From positions 16,073-80,072 of IMG/VR virus record IMGVR_UViG_3300032308_002078: a stretch of 64,000 nucleotides of DNA. The stretch is one strand, 5' to 3'. The stretch comes from a virus. Lineage: Duplodnaviria; Heunggongvirae; Uroviricota; Caudoviricetes. Position 1 is the first letter of the stretch. Every line of letters starts with the position of its first letter. Both the position numbers and the translations under genes were made by a program. Positions 9,952 to 19,795 of the stretch are shown in pieces. Under the pieces are notes generated by a model. That model was not told the origin of the DNA and made no database searches. It worked only from the letters and a program-made list of their open reading frames with translations.

Positions 9952-10614
9952 ATGGCAACTAGAGGACAAATAGCTTATTTAGCAGATCCAAATACAATAT
10001 TTTCAATTTATGTTCATTATGATGCTTACCCTGAAGCTTTAGGTAAAACTTTAAACACTAATTTCAATTCAGATGAACAAGCAAGTAGCTTAGTAATGGA
10101 TGGTAATGATATTAGATTCATTGATGATGATGGAACAGTAGAACGTTTTGATAAAGGTGGAGCTAAACAAATTAAAGGCGAAGAACCAGAAGAATTATTT
10201 AGTGAATTATATTCACACGCTGACAATGCAGCAGCTGATTATGTTTATGTTTGGTTAGAAGATAAATGGGTTGCTCTTAAAATGAGTAAGGGTAGACAGT
10301 ACTTTGTAGGTACTTTATTAGACCAAATAAGAAAAATAGAACCAACTATGGAAAATAAAGATAAAATGAAAGAAGGTTATTATGGTACTACTAATGTAGA
10401 GAACCATATTCAAACCTTAGGATATGATTCATTTGAAGATTTCTTCAGTGACAATCCAGGTGGTGAAGAAGCTTTAATTAGCTGGATTGAAAGTGTTCCT
10501 GAGTTTAGAAAAATGCTTATGCAACAAGGAATGATGGAAGCTAAAAAAGATAAAGAAGAAATGGATGAGGCGTTTGTTCGTCAAATGAAATATAAAGCAG
10601 GTATCATAAAATAA
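9952..10614 (+). CDS. hypothetical protein (start revised to the ATG after the ATATTTATAATAAA motif)
   Basis: ORF-track start 9892 lies inside the previous gene; a conserved promoter motif at 9937-9951 precedes Met 9952 (MATRGQ...). Confidence 0.4.
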   Translation: MATRGQIAYLADPNTIFSIYVHYDAYPEALGKTLNTNFNSDEQASSLVMDGNDIRFIDDDGTVERFDKGGAKQIKGEEPEELFSELYSHADNAAADYVYVWLEDKWVALKMSKGRQYFVGTLLDQIRKIEPTMENKDKMKEGYYGTTNVENHIQTLGYDSFEDFFSDNPGGEEALISWIESVPEFRKMLMQQGMMEAKKDKEEMDEAFVRQMKYKAGIIK

Positions 10615-10635
10615 AAAAACAAATTAAATAAAAAA

Positions 10636-10666
10636 GAGGGGTTTGGCTTTGTCAGACCCCTTTATT
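10636..10666 (+). terminator. rho-independent terminator
   Basis: GAGGGG..CCCC(T) hairpin followed by T-run; contains the GTTTGGCTTT promoter upstream element. Confidence 0.5.
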
Positions 10667-10858
10667 ATATTAACGATATGATGAAACAGGAAGATAAATT
10701 TAACGGTTTAAGTAAAGGACAGGTTAAACAAATTATTCGTCGTAACATGATTACAAGAGTAAAAGCAAGTAAAAAAGTTTATGACCGCAAGAAGGAAAAG
10801 AGGGGTTTGGCTTTTGGAGAATAATTTGTTATATTAATATTATAAGGAAATAAAGGTT

Positions 10859-11038
10859 ATGGTAAATTTAGAAAATATTAAAAAAGCTATTAAGTTACAA
10901 AAAGAAGCAAATTACCAAATTGATATGTTTGGTGAAGCGCATGTTGATGGTGTAAATGAAATGTTAGAATTAATTGACAATTTTAATCTTGAAGAGTGTG
11001 ACATGTTTTTAGAATTGTGGAAGGAGGAAGGATTATGA
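10859..11038 (+). CDS. small hypothetical protein (59 aa, not in ORF track)
   Basis: ATG directly after TTATATTAATATTATAAGGAAATAAAGGTT promoter and start context; MVNLENIKK... Confidence 0.35.
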   Translation: MVNLENIKKAIKLQKEANYQIDMFGEAHVDGVNEMLELIDNFNLEECDMFLELWKEEGL

Positions 11039-11103
11039 TAGTAACAATAATAATAGCAGCAGCTTGGACCGGATGGACAATTCATGTATTAAGAAAATAA
11101 GTT

Positions 11104-11289
11104 ATGATAGATTTTAGATTTGAAGACGCTAAAGGGAAAATGGTTTTCCTAAAACTAAATGAGGAAGGAGATGAATCAACAGAGTATGTTGAAGTAAACA
11201 CTATGGATGATTATTACAATTTAGAGAGAATTATTTATGCTTATCAAGAACAAGGCATATTAAGTGAATATTTTATTTATTATAATTAA
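11104..11289 (+). CDS. hypothetical protein
   Basis: 61 aa. Confidence 0.3.
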   Translation: MIDFRFEDAKGKMVFLKLNEEGDESTEYVEVNTMDDYYNLERIIYAYQEQGILSEYFIYYN

Positions 11290-11292
11290 GTT

Positions 11293-11520
11293 ATGAAGAA
11301 AACAAATATAGTTACCCCAATGTGGAAAAATTGTTTAGCAATTCTTGAATCAGGTGATTTAGAATTAGCTGATACTAAACTAATGGAATTGGTTTGGAAA
11401 CTAGCTGATTATACTATGCAAGGTTTTAAAGACGCTGATAAAATTGAAGGTGTAAAATTGGAAGTTTGGAAAGAACGCACCTGGTATGCAATCCAGAACG
11501 CAGGTTTACTCCCAGATTAA
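11293..11520 (+). CDS. hypothetical protein
   Basis: 75 aa. Confidence 0.3.
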   Translation: MKKTNIVTPMWKNCLAILESGDLELADTKLMELVWKLADYTMQGFKDADKIEGVKLEVWKERTWYAIQNAGLLPD

Positions 11521-11523
11521 GTT

Positions 11524-11832
11524 ATGGCTGAAAAAAGAGGACAATTAGAAAAACTAAGATATAATTTTGACACATCCAAAGCTGTTTATGTCAAAATGAA
11601 TGATAAAATGTATCGAGTAACAGAACGTGACTTTAGATCATTTAATGGTGAAAGATATATTTTTGAAAAAGTAGATGGTGAGTACCAACATGTACCTTAT
11701 AAAGGTCCTATTTATTATCATAATACAAATAAGAAATGTAAAGAACCAATTGGTGTAAATAAGGTTCAATATGCTCATAATATGCCTTGGGTTTCAGTTA
11801 GACGCCCTCATGAAAGCTATTTAGTTGATTAA
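11524..11832 (+). CDS. hypothetical protein
   Basis: 102 aa. Confidence 0.35.
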   Translation: MAEKRGQLEKLRYNFDTSKAVYVKMNDKMYRVTERDFRSFNGERYIFEKVDGEYQHVPYKGPIYYHNTNKKCKEPIGVNKVQYAHNMPWVSVRRPHESYLVD

Positions 11833-11873
11833 AATAAGAGATGCCAATATTTATAACATATAACTGTTATTAA

Positions 11874-14423
11874 ATGGCGAGTCTACTCAACAATGCTTCA
11901 CTCTTATTAAACCCAGCAGGCAGTATAATTGCCTATGAAGAGGATAAAATATTTTCTGTATTACCATCAAATGGTACTGGTGATTTTACTTTTACTGGTG
12001 GTGATGGAGGTACTAGAGTAAACCAACAAGGATATGTTGAAGTAACACCTGCTAACACAAACACATATAGTGAAAAATTTGGAACTGGATTTTGGAATAA
12101 TTTTGGTGGTACAATAACAGATGACTCAGTTATAGCTCCTAATGGAACATTAACAGGTACTACTTTTAATGGTAGCCCAGCAGGTACATATAAAACATAT
12201 CCGGGTATTGCAGTAGGACAAGTTTACACAGTTTCAATGTATGTTAAATTAGGAACTGCTACAAACTGTGTTATTATTATAAATAATACTCAAGCATGGA
12301 ATACAGTTGGAGGTAAATCATTTACAAGTGCTGATGGGTTAAATACTACTGATTGGACAAGAATATCTTTTACATTTACTGGCCCTGCTTTTGGTGCTAT
12401 AAACTGGCATATTGGTTATCAGTTTGAGTCAGGGGTAACTCAACAAACAAATGGTACTTACTTTGTTTGGGGTGCACAACTTAATATTGGCTCAACAGCT
12501 AAACCATACCAACCAACAACAGACCGCTTAAATTACCCTCGTATAACTTATCAAAATGGTAGAGGTGCTTTATTGAGTGAACCACAGAGAACAAATGTTA
12601 CAACTAATAGCCAAACTATAAGTGCAGGTACCGGTACTACTGTTTCTTTGGATAGTGGAATATCTCCTGATGGAACTCAAAACGCTGATAAACTTATAGA
12701 AGATACAAGTACAGGAACTCATATAACAACATTTGGAGGTTCTTTAGGTGGTTCTGTAGATTCAAGTACTTTTTGTGTTAGTATCTTTGCTAAAGCTGCT
12801 GGTAGAACACGTTTCATAATATTCGACAATAATCAGGGTGCAGGTGCTGCTATAAATGTTTTTGATTTAGGTAATGGTACAAAAATTAGTGGGAATGGAA
12901 CTATTGAAAATTATGGAAACGGGTGGTATAGGTGTATTATTTTTCCATCAAAAACTGATAATACAACAGCTAATATACAAATTAGATTAATTAATACAGG
13001 AACAAATGATAGTTACACTGGAGATGGATCTAGCGGTATCTTTTTTTGGGGTAAACAAATCGAAGTAGGTGAATTTCCAACCTCATACATCCCAACAACA
13101 TCAGCAACAGTAACTAGACCTATAGACCAATTCTTTAAAAATGATTCACCAGCTTTAAGTACTACTAGTTGGACATTTTATATGTCTGGAGTTAATATAG
13201 GAAAAAATCAAAATTCTAGTGGGAATCCTATTGATGCTGTAAACTGGAGTTTTGATAGTGGTGCTGGTCCTTATGGGGCAAACTCAATACATAACTACAA
13301 TAATACAGTGTATTATTATGATACTGTTAATGGGGCAGCATTTTTAGGGGCAATTGGTAGTACAACTACAAAATTTGCAGTTACTAAAAACGGAACTACA
13401 TTTAAATTTTTTAGAGATGGAGTTTTAACTACAACAAGTACACTTTCTTTAGCAAGTAATGTTTGGGATTCATTTAGAATGTATGGTGATGTAGATGGCC
13501 AAGGCCAAGCATTTTCAAATAACCCATCTACATTAGCTATTTTACCCTCAGCTTTATCAGATTCAGATGCACAATCACTAACCACAGTCCGCTCAGGTTC
13601 AGGTGGTAACATCTCATACTACGGACCATACACAATCCATACATTCACAGGCTCAGCAACATTCACTCCTTCATTTACAGGTCCTGTAGAGGTACTTGTT
13701 GTTGCTGGAGGTGGTGGAGGAGGTTCTGGTTTTAATAGATCTGCCTGTGGTGGTGGAGGTGGTGCTGGAGGTTTACTTTATGCTTCATCCTATGGTGTAT
13801 CTGCTGGTACTGGAATAACTGTCACTATTGGTGCCGGTGGTGCTGGTGGACCTGCAGGTACAGGAAGCCCTACAGGAGATGGTTCTAATGGCTCTAATTC
13901 AATATTTGGAGGATTAACATCTATTGGTGGTGGTGGAGGTACTACTTATTTTGATACTAATGGTAAAAATGGAGGTTCTGGAGGTGGAGCTGGAGGTGCT
14001 GGTGGTTATACTCCAGTAGGCGGACAAGGAATACCAGGCCAAGGAAATAATGGCGGAAACCAAGTTGGTTCAGGACAAAGTACAGACACTACATCTTGTG
14101 GAGGTGGTGGAGGTGCTGGAGCTGTAGGAGCAAACGGAGTTACCTCTCAAAGAGGAGGTAATGGTGGTATTGGTCTACCTTACTATATTTCAGGATTTTC
14201 TACTTATTATGCTGGTGGTGGTGGTGGAGGTGCTTCACAAGTAGGTGGTGGATTTGGAGGTCTTGGTGGTGGAGCCAATGGAGGTAATTTAGATAGTAAT
14301 GGATCTAGTGGTGTTAATTATACAGGTGGAGGCGGAGGCGGAGCTAGTTCAGGGGTTGGAGTAGCAGCAACAGCAGGTGGTACAGGAGGTTCAGGCATAG
14401 TAATAGTACGTTATTTAACTTAA
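11874..14423 (+). CDS. tail fibre / receptor-binding protein with C-terminal glycine-rich domain
   Basis: 849 aa; Asn/Thr/Gly-rich beta-type sequence; C-terminal YTIHTFTGSATFTP...VEVLVVAGGGGGGSG... long GGxGG repeats ending GGSGIVIVRY, the same module as in ORF 17121. Confidence 0.55.
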   Translation: MASLLNNASLLLNPAGSIIAYEEDKIFSVLPSNGTGDFTFTGGDGGTRVNQQGYVEVTPANTNTYSEKFGTGFWNNFGGTITDDSVIAPNGTLTGTTFNGSPAGTYKTYPGIAVGQVYTVSMYVKLGTATNCVIIINNTQAWNTVGGKSFTSADGLNTTDWTRISFTFTGPAFGAINWHIGYQFESGVTQQTNGTYFVWGAQLNIGSTAKPYQPTTDRLNYPRITYQNGRGALLSEPQRTNVTTNSQTISAGTGTTVSLDSGISPDGTQNADKLIEDTSTGTHITTFGGSLGGSVDSSTFCVSIFAKAAGRTRFIIFDNNQGAGAAINVFDLGNGTKISGNGTIENYGNGWYRCIIFPSKTDNTTANIQIRLINTGTNDSYTGDGSSGIFFWGKQIEVGEFPTSYIPTTSATVTRPIDQFFKNDSPALSTTSWTFYMSGVNIGKNQNSSGNPIDAVNWSFDSGAGPYGANSIHNYNNTVYYYDTVNGAAFLGAIGSTTTKFAVTKNGTTFKFFRDGVLTTTSTLSLASNVWDSFRMYGDVDGQGQAFSNNPSTLAILPSALSDSDAQSLTTVRSGSGGNISYYGPYTIHTFTGSATFTPSFTGPVEVLVVAGGGGGGSGFNRSACGGGGGAGGLLYASSYGVSAGTGITVTIGAGGAGGPAGTGSPTGDGSNGSNSIFGGLTSIGGGGGTTYFDTNGKNGGSGGGAGGAGGYTPVGGQGIPGQGNNGGNQVGSGQSTDTTSCGGGGGAGAVGANGVTSQRGGNGGIGLPYYISGFSTYYAGGGGGGASQVGGGFGGLGGGANGGNLDSNGSSGVNYTGGGGGGASSGVGVAATAGGTGGSGIVIVRYLT

Positions 14424-14424
14424 T

Positions 14425-14625
14425 ATGGATATAATAGAACAATATTTAGGGTTATGGGGTGTAGATGTAGCAGTTAAAAAATTACGTCCACATGCTCAAT
14501 TTGAACTTTACAATACAACATTTACTAAGTGGGTTGATCCTACAGGAACACAACCTCCTACTTGGGAAGAAATAAACAAACAAATAGAAAAAGATAAAGA
14601 ATTATGTCATACTTTGCACACATAA
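14425..14625 (+). CDS. hypothetical protein
   Basis: 66 aa. Confidence 0.3.
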   Translation: MDIIEQYLGLWGVDVAVKKLRPHAQFELYNTTFTKWVDPTGTQPPTWEEINKQIEKDKELCHTLHT

Positions 14626-14942
14626 ACGAAAACAGTGTTGTTACTACCGTTATAGTAGCAACTCAAGAATTTATTAATACAGGTAGTGAAGGCGATCCTG
14701 CTAGTTGGATAGAGACATCTATAGACGGTAGTTTCCGCAAACAATATGCGGGTATAGGTTATACTTATGATGCTCAAGCAGATGTATTTATATATCCTCA
14801 ACCTTATCCTTCTTGGGTTTTAGATTCAAATTATGATTGGGTTGCTCCTGTTCCTTATCCAAACGATGGTAAGTGTTATGTGTGGGATGAGACAATTATT
14901 AACTGGGCAGAAGTACCTTGTATGCCAACTGGATCTATTTAA
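14604..14942 (+). CDS. hypothetical protein
   Basis: 112 aa. Confidence 0.35.
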   Translation: MSYFAHINENSVVTTVIVATQEFINTGSEGDPASWIETSIDGSFRKQYAGIGYTYDAQADVFIYPQPYPSWVLDSNYDWVAPVPYPNDGKCYVWDETIINWAEVPCMPTGSI

Positions 14943-14943
14943 T

Positions 14944-15333
14944 ATGCATAACTACCAATATAGAAAATATATGATGAGTGATTTATTTCTGTTAAATGAG
15001 ATAACTCAAAGTTATACTAACCCAATTACAGAGGAAACTAGTTTTACTTACACTCAAACAGTTTATATAATGGGTCCAATTTGTGAACAATATGTAAGTG
15101 CAAGTTCTCCTATGGGAATGCCTATTATGTCTTGTTCACTTTGGTCTACAGCATCGGCAGTAGATATTTTATGGGATCAAGAACCACTACCTAATTTTAG
15201 TTCAAGTGAGGTATGGCCTTTTCCAGGTACAGAATTAACTACATTTGGCAATGCAATGCCTATTTACCAAAAAGATTATTGTGAGCGTTTCTATTGTCCT
15301 ACAGGTTCAGGTCCAATACCTCCACCTCTTTAA
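14944..15333 (+). CDS. hypothetical protein (start revised; track ORF 14833 begins inside previous gene)
   Basis: ATG at 14944 immediately after stop of preceding ORF; MHNYQYRKY... Confidence 0.35.
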   Translation: MHNYQYRKYMMSDLFLLNEITQSYTNPITEETSFTYTQTVYIMGPICEQYVSASSPMGMPIMSCSLWSTASAVDILWDQEPLPNFSSSEVWPFPGTELTTFGNAMPIYQKDYCERFYCPTGSGPIPPPL

Positions 15334-15351
15334 TATTTATAATAAACCAAT
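15334..15351 (+). promoter_or_regulatory. class 2 (late-type) motif AATATTTATAATAAA
   Basis: One of at least 11 copies 5-25 nt upstream of start codons of tail-fibre, endonuclease and other genes (3621, 5164, 9937, 11842, 15335, 18603/18624, 19483, 27383, 29373, 49135, 60594). Confidence 0.45.
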
Positions 15352-17121
15352 ATGCCAAATCCTGTTGCTGTTAATGATCTAAGTCCTATATCCGGAAGCC
15401 TGCAAACCTCTAGGATAAGTTATGCTGTAGATACAGCAGGTAAAGATTATGGTCAAGACTACAACGGTACTACCTGGTATTCAGATATTCCACAAAACGG
15501 AAGTCAATATACAATTATTTCAGATAATTACACAGCTAACTACTATGTATCTCGTTCAAATGCCGAAGGTGCTTATGTTGAAGGTGGTTTACCAGCAGTA
15601 GATGAATATTCTGCTCCTGTGTTTTGGTTGACGGCAGGTACATCAAGTTTAGATATTATAACTATTGTGAATGGATTACCTGATAGAAGAGGACAAATAC
15701 CATTTAACTCGGGTTCTCAAGCATTAAATTGGGTCGCCTCATCAAGTAATTATTTTGCTGTTGGGCCTCCATATGAACAAATTGATGCTGATTCTTTAAA
15801 ATTATATTTAAATGCAGGTCAAATTATTTCTTATCCAACTACAGCTTCTACTTGGTATGATATAAGTGGATATAATGGTTTAGGAACTTTAACTAATGGA
15901 CCTACATTTAATACAAATGGATGGATTGCTTTTGACGGAACAAACGATTATGTTAACTTTTTTAATAACCTTAATCTAAACATAGGTACTAGTAACTTTT
16001 CAGAAACAGTTACTTTTTTAATCAACTCAGTTACAAGTGGTCAAAGAATAACTTTTAAAAGATTTGGAGGTTTAGGGTATGGTTACTCTATGTTTATAGA
16101 TGGAACTGGAGCACTTGGATTTGAAATTCTTACCCCAAGTACATCTATTACTGCGTATGGTGGGTATCCTTCAACAGGAAGATGGCATCAAGCAACATTT
16201 TCATTAGATAGAGCAGGAAATGGTATATTATATCTTGATGGGGTTGCAGGTACTCCTGTTAACTTTAGTTCATTAGTTGGGTTAGATATTTCTAATAATG
16301 AGGATTTTTGTTTAGCAGCAGTAAGTCCTGCTATTGGTGGTGGTGCTTACTTAAATGGAAACTTATCAACAGTATCTTCATACTCTAAACAATTATCAGC
16401 AGCAGACGTGGCTCAAAACTACTACGGTGGTCCAATTGTAACAAATGGTTTAGTATATGCTCTAGATGCAGGTAATTTAGTATCATATCCCAAATCAGGA
16501 ACAACATGGTATACTTTAACAGGGAGTGTAGATGGAACTTTAACAAATGGCCCTACATTTAGTTCCCTAAACGATGGGTATATTAATTTTGATGGAACTA
16601 ATGATTATGTTGGGTTTGGAAATAACATATTATTTCCTGGAGTATCATTAAATGGAACTATTTCTGAATTAACAATAGACGTTTGGGTCAATTGGAACCA
16701 ATTCTGTGTTGGTGGAGCATTAGATGAAATTATATCATGGTGGGCTTCAGGAACTCAGACATATTCAGATGGTTTCCTAGGAACTTCTATTATATCTCCG
16801 TATTCTCCAACCAACCCTGGAATCCGCTTTGGAGATGATTGGGTTGGTACAGGGGTAACATTTACAGCTGCTACTGATGTAAATAAATGGTGGAATATAA
16901 TGGCTATAAAATCCTCCAATAATGCTTACATATACATAAACGGAGAATTAAGAGCGACTAAAGGTAGTGCTTTAGATTGGGGTTTTAATAATTATGCCTA
17001 TGTCGCTGCTCATGGAGGTGGGGCAACAGAATTTTTAGATGGAAAAATAGCCTCATTACGCCTATACAATAGAGCACTCACCGCAGCAGAAGTCTTACAA
17101 AACTATAACGCAACAAAATAA
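15352..17121 (+). CDS. tail fibre paralogue with two concanavalin A-like/LamG lectin domains
   Basis: Conserved N-terminus MPNPVAVNDLSPISGSL..ISYAVD; repeated LDAGN..SYP..GTTWY.L.G...GTLTNGPTF...FDGTNDYV and LYNRALTAAEVLQNY LamG-type modules. Confidence 0.55.
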   Translation: MPNPVAVNDLSPISGSLQTSRISYAVDTAGKDYGQDYNGTTWYSDIPQNGSQYTIISDNYTANYYVSRSNAEGAYVEGGLPAVDEYSAPVFWLTAGTSSLDIITIVNGLPDRRGQIPFNSGSQALNWVASSSNYFAVGPPYEQIDADSLKLYLNAGQIISYPTTASTWYDISGYNGLGTLTNGPTFNTNGWIAFDGTNDYVNFFNNLNLNIGTSNFSETVTFLINSVTSGQRITFKRFGGLGYGYSMFIDGTGALGFEILTPSTSITAYGGYPSTGRWHQATFSLDRAGNGILYLDGVAGTPVNFSSLVGLDISNNEDFCLAAVSPAIGGGAYLNGNLSTVSSYSKQLSAADVAQNYYGGPIVTNGLVYALDAGNLVSYPKSGTTWYTLTGSVDGTLTNGPTFSSLNDGYINFDGTNDYVGFGNNILFPGVSLNGTISELTIDVWVNWNQFCVGGALDEIISWWASGTQTYSDGFLGTSIISPYSPTNPGIRFGDDWVGTGVTFTAATDVNKWWNIMAIKSSNNAYIYINGELRATKGSALDWGFNNYAYVAAHGGGATEFLDGKIASLRLYNRALTAAEVLQNYNATK

Positions 17122-18596
17122 TGAGTAGATTCGAAGGACCACAAGGTATAGTAACAAACGGTTTAGTATTAAACCTAGATGCAGGCGATCCGGATTCATA
17201 CACTCGCTCACAACCTCCATATGTTGAGGTATTAGTTGTTGCTGGTGGTGGTTCTGGAGGGATAAGAGAGTCTAATAGTAATCCTTTTTGCGGAGGTGGA
17301 GGTGGCGGAGCTGGTGGTTTGATTTACAATAGTGCTTATCAAATTACTAATGCTGCTGCTATCACAGTTACTGTTGGTGCTGGAGCTGCTTCTCCAACTT
17401 CAAATAATGTTAATGGTAATAACGGATCAAACTCAGTATTTGGATCATTAACTGCTATTGGAGGTGGAGGAGGAGGTGCATATCAAGCAAATGGTGTTTC
17501 TGGAGGTTCTGGAGGTGGAGCAGGTAGAGATGCTGTTACTGCAGGCGGAGCAGCTACAGCCGGCCAAGGTTTTCAAGGAGGTAATGGAGGTTTAAATCCT
17601 GTAGGATCTGGAGGAGGAGGAGGTGCAGGACAGCCGGGTGCTATAGGAACTGCTATTGGGGGTAAAGGAGGAGATGGTTTAGCATTCTCTATTTCTGGTA
17701 CTTCTACAACTTATGCTGGTGGTGGAGGAGGTGCTTCTTTTAATAATAATGCAACCCCTAATTCTGGTTCTGGGGGTGGGGGAAATGGTGCTGTTGAAAC
17801 TAGTAATCCTATAGCTACTGCAGGACAAGCTAATACAGGTGGTGGTGGAGGTGGAGACAAAGGTGGAGCAGGTGGCTCAGGCATCGTCATAGTACGTTAT
17901 CCAGGTTTACCAGCAGCAACCGGAGGTACAATCACATACCTAAACGGATATACAATCCATACATTTACTACTAGTGGTACATTTACTCCATATCAATGGT
18001 ATAGTAATACCAATTCAGTATATAGTGGATCTTTAATTAACGGTCCTGCATTTAATTCCCAAATTGTTGGTGGATATTTCCAATTTGATGGAACTGATGA
18101 TTATGTTTTATTTGATGCTCCTATTGGCTCAACTACTACAGTTTCTGTTGAAATGTGGAGTAAAATCCCATCATCTTATCCTAGTGATATGTTTTTTGGT
18201 TGGAATGCTTATGATGTTTGGTGTGATAATGGTAATATAGGATATAACACAAATAATGGTGATGTGTATGGTATTTCAGCAGCTACAGTTTCTTCTTTAG
18301 GATTAGTAAATAACTGGGTACAATATGTTTTTGAAATGAGGAGTGATGTTTCCTATACTAATAATAAAATATACATTAATGGTATTTCTCAATCTTTATC
18401 TCAACTACAAAATAGTGAAAATGGAGGAAATAGAAATTTTAATAGTGGAGCAGGAGTATTTCCTGGATATAGAGCATCTTTAGCAAGTTATTTAATGGCC
18501 TATCAAGTAGGTTCATTTAGAGTATATAATAGAGCTCTTTCAGCAGCAGAAATAACTCAAAACTTCAACGCACAAAGAAATAGATTCGGTTTATAA
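17121..18596 (+). CDS. tail fibre protein with N-terminal glycine-rich domain and C-terminal LamG-like domain
   Basis: VEVLVVAGGGSGG...GGxGG repeats...GGSGIVIVRYPG then YTIHTFTTSGTFTP...FDGTDDYV...YNRALSAAEITQNF. Confidence 0.55.
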   Translation: MSRFEGPQGIVTNGLVLNLDAGDPDSYTRSQPPYVEVLVVAGGGSGGIRESNSNPFCGGGGGGAGGLIYNSAYQITNAAAITVTVGAGAASPTSNNVNGNNGSNSVFGSLTAIGGGGGGAYQANGVSGGSGGGAGRDAVTAGGAATAGQGFQGGNGGLNPVGSGGGGGAGQPGAIGTAIGGKGGDGLAFSISGTSTTYAGGGGGASFNNNATPNSGSGGGGNGAVETSNPIATAGQANTGGGGGGDKGGAGGSGIVIVRYPGLPAATGGTITYLNGYTIHTFTTSGTFTPYQWYSNTNSVYSGSLINGPAFNSQIVGGYFQFDGTDDYVLFDAPIGSTTTVSVEMWSKIPSSYPSDMFFGWNAYDVWCDNGNIGYNTNNGDVYGISAATVSSLGLVNNWVQYVFEMRSDVSYTNNKIYINGISQSLSQLQNSENGGNRNFNSGAGVFPGYRASLASYLMAYQVGSFRVYNRALSAAEITQNFNAQRNRFGL

Positions 18597-18678
18597 TTAA
18601 TATTTATAATAAAATAATAATATTTATAATCGCCAAGTCGAGGTGGCATTTAAGATATTAAAAATATAATACCCAAGC

Positions 18679-19470
18679 GTGAGTAAGGACCTCGACCCTG
18701 AAAGCGTCTTGGGTTTTTTATTTATGAATAATATAACTTACATATACGAATTATCAAAAAATGGAATACCATTTTATATTGGAAAAACAATATCCCATGT
18801 TGTTAGAAAACATTACCATAAATTAACTTATGGGAAAGATATTGTATTTACTATCATAGATGAAATACAAGGAGATAAAAATCAATGGAAACCTTTAGAA
18901 ATGTATTGGATAAACCAATATCAACAATGGGGTTTTGTTTTAAAAAATAAAAATGAAGGTGGTGGAGGTAGAAAAATTATTTATACTAGAGAAGAGATAA
19001 GACAAAGACGTAACGAACAAACCAAACAATGGAATAAAATCCACCCAGAAGTAAGTAAAAAATATTCTGAAGAAAACAAAGAAAAATTTAAAGAATATAG
19101 AGAAACAAATAAAGAAAAAATGCTTCAACAAACTAAAGAATGGAGAAAAAATAATCCTGAGTTAGCTAAACAAATGGTAAAAGATTATCAGGAGAAACAT
19201 AAAGAACAGATTAAATCCTATATGCAGGAATGGCAATCCGCTAACAAAGAAAAAATAAGAGAGTATAATAGAATTTATAAAAATTCAAAATCTACCAAAC
19301 AAAGAAAAAATATAATTCAATATACTTTAGACGATATTTTTATCAAAGAATGGAATTCAGCTACTGAAGCTGCTTTATTTTTAAATAAAAAAACACCTGC
19401 GGCAATATATGAAGTATGTAATGGAAAACGAAAAACTATTTATGGATATAAATGGGGATATAAAAATTAA
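18679..19470 (+). CDS. GIY-YIG homing endonuclease inserted between tail-fibre genes
   Basis: ITYIYEL...FYIGKT; Lys/Glu-rich repeats; C-terminal IIQYTLDDIFIKEWNSATEAALFL...GYKWGY; two ATATTTATAATAAA motifs upstream. Confidence 0.7.
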   Translation: MSKDLDPESVLGFLFMNNITYIYELSKNGIPFYIGKTISHVVRKHYHKLTYGKDIVFTIIDEIQGDKNQWKPLEMYWINQYQQWGFVLKNKNEGGGGRKIIYTREEIRQRRNEQTKQWNKIHPEVSKKYSEENKEKFKEYRETNKEKMLQQTKEWRKNNPELAKQMVKDYQEKHKEQIKSYMQEWQSANKEKIREYNRIYKNSKSTKQRKNIIQYTLDDIFIKEWNSATEAALFLNKKTPAAIYEVCNGKRKTIYGYKWGYKN

Positions 19471-19506
19471 TTAATTTATCAATATTTATAATAAAATAAT
19501 AATAAC

Positions 19507-19791
19507 ATGGCAACACAAGAATCTGAATATGCTAATCGCAGGTTTGTAATTTTCAACGTTACAGAACTCCCCCTTATTGACTTTAACCAAGTCTATGAAA
19601 CATCAATTGATACAGTTCGTAAATCAGTTGATGAAACTCAAACATTCGTAAAATACGATATGCCCCAACCTTCATCAGTTACTGCTTTAACTACAAAATC
19701 TATAGAATACACATATGATGAGATTCTAACTATTCTAGCGACTCCAGAATGGACAGACCCTAACCCATTTCCTTCAGGTTCAATAGGTTAA
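19507..19791 (+). CDS. hypothetical protein
   Basis: 94 aa. Confidence 0.35.
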   Translation: MATQESEYANRRFVIFNVTELPLIDFNQVYETSIDTVRKSVDETQTFVKYDMPQPSSVTALTTKSIEYTYDEILTILATPEWTDPNPFPSGSIG

Positions 19792-19795
19792 TTGA

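Noticed and set aside
11874-18596. Collagen-like or PE-PGRS-like proteins suggested by the Gly-rich runs
   Set aside because: The repeats are GGxGG with Ala/Ser/Thr/Asn rather than Gly-X-Y triplets. They are bounded by conserved beta-strand motifs (VEVLVVAGGG / GIVIVRY). The pattern fits a phage fibre glycine-rich domain better than collagen.
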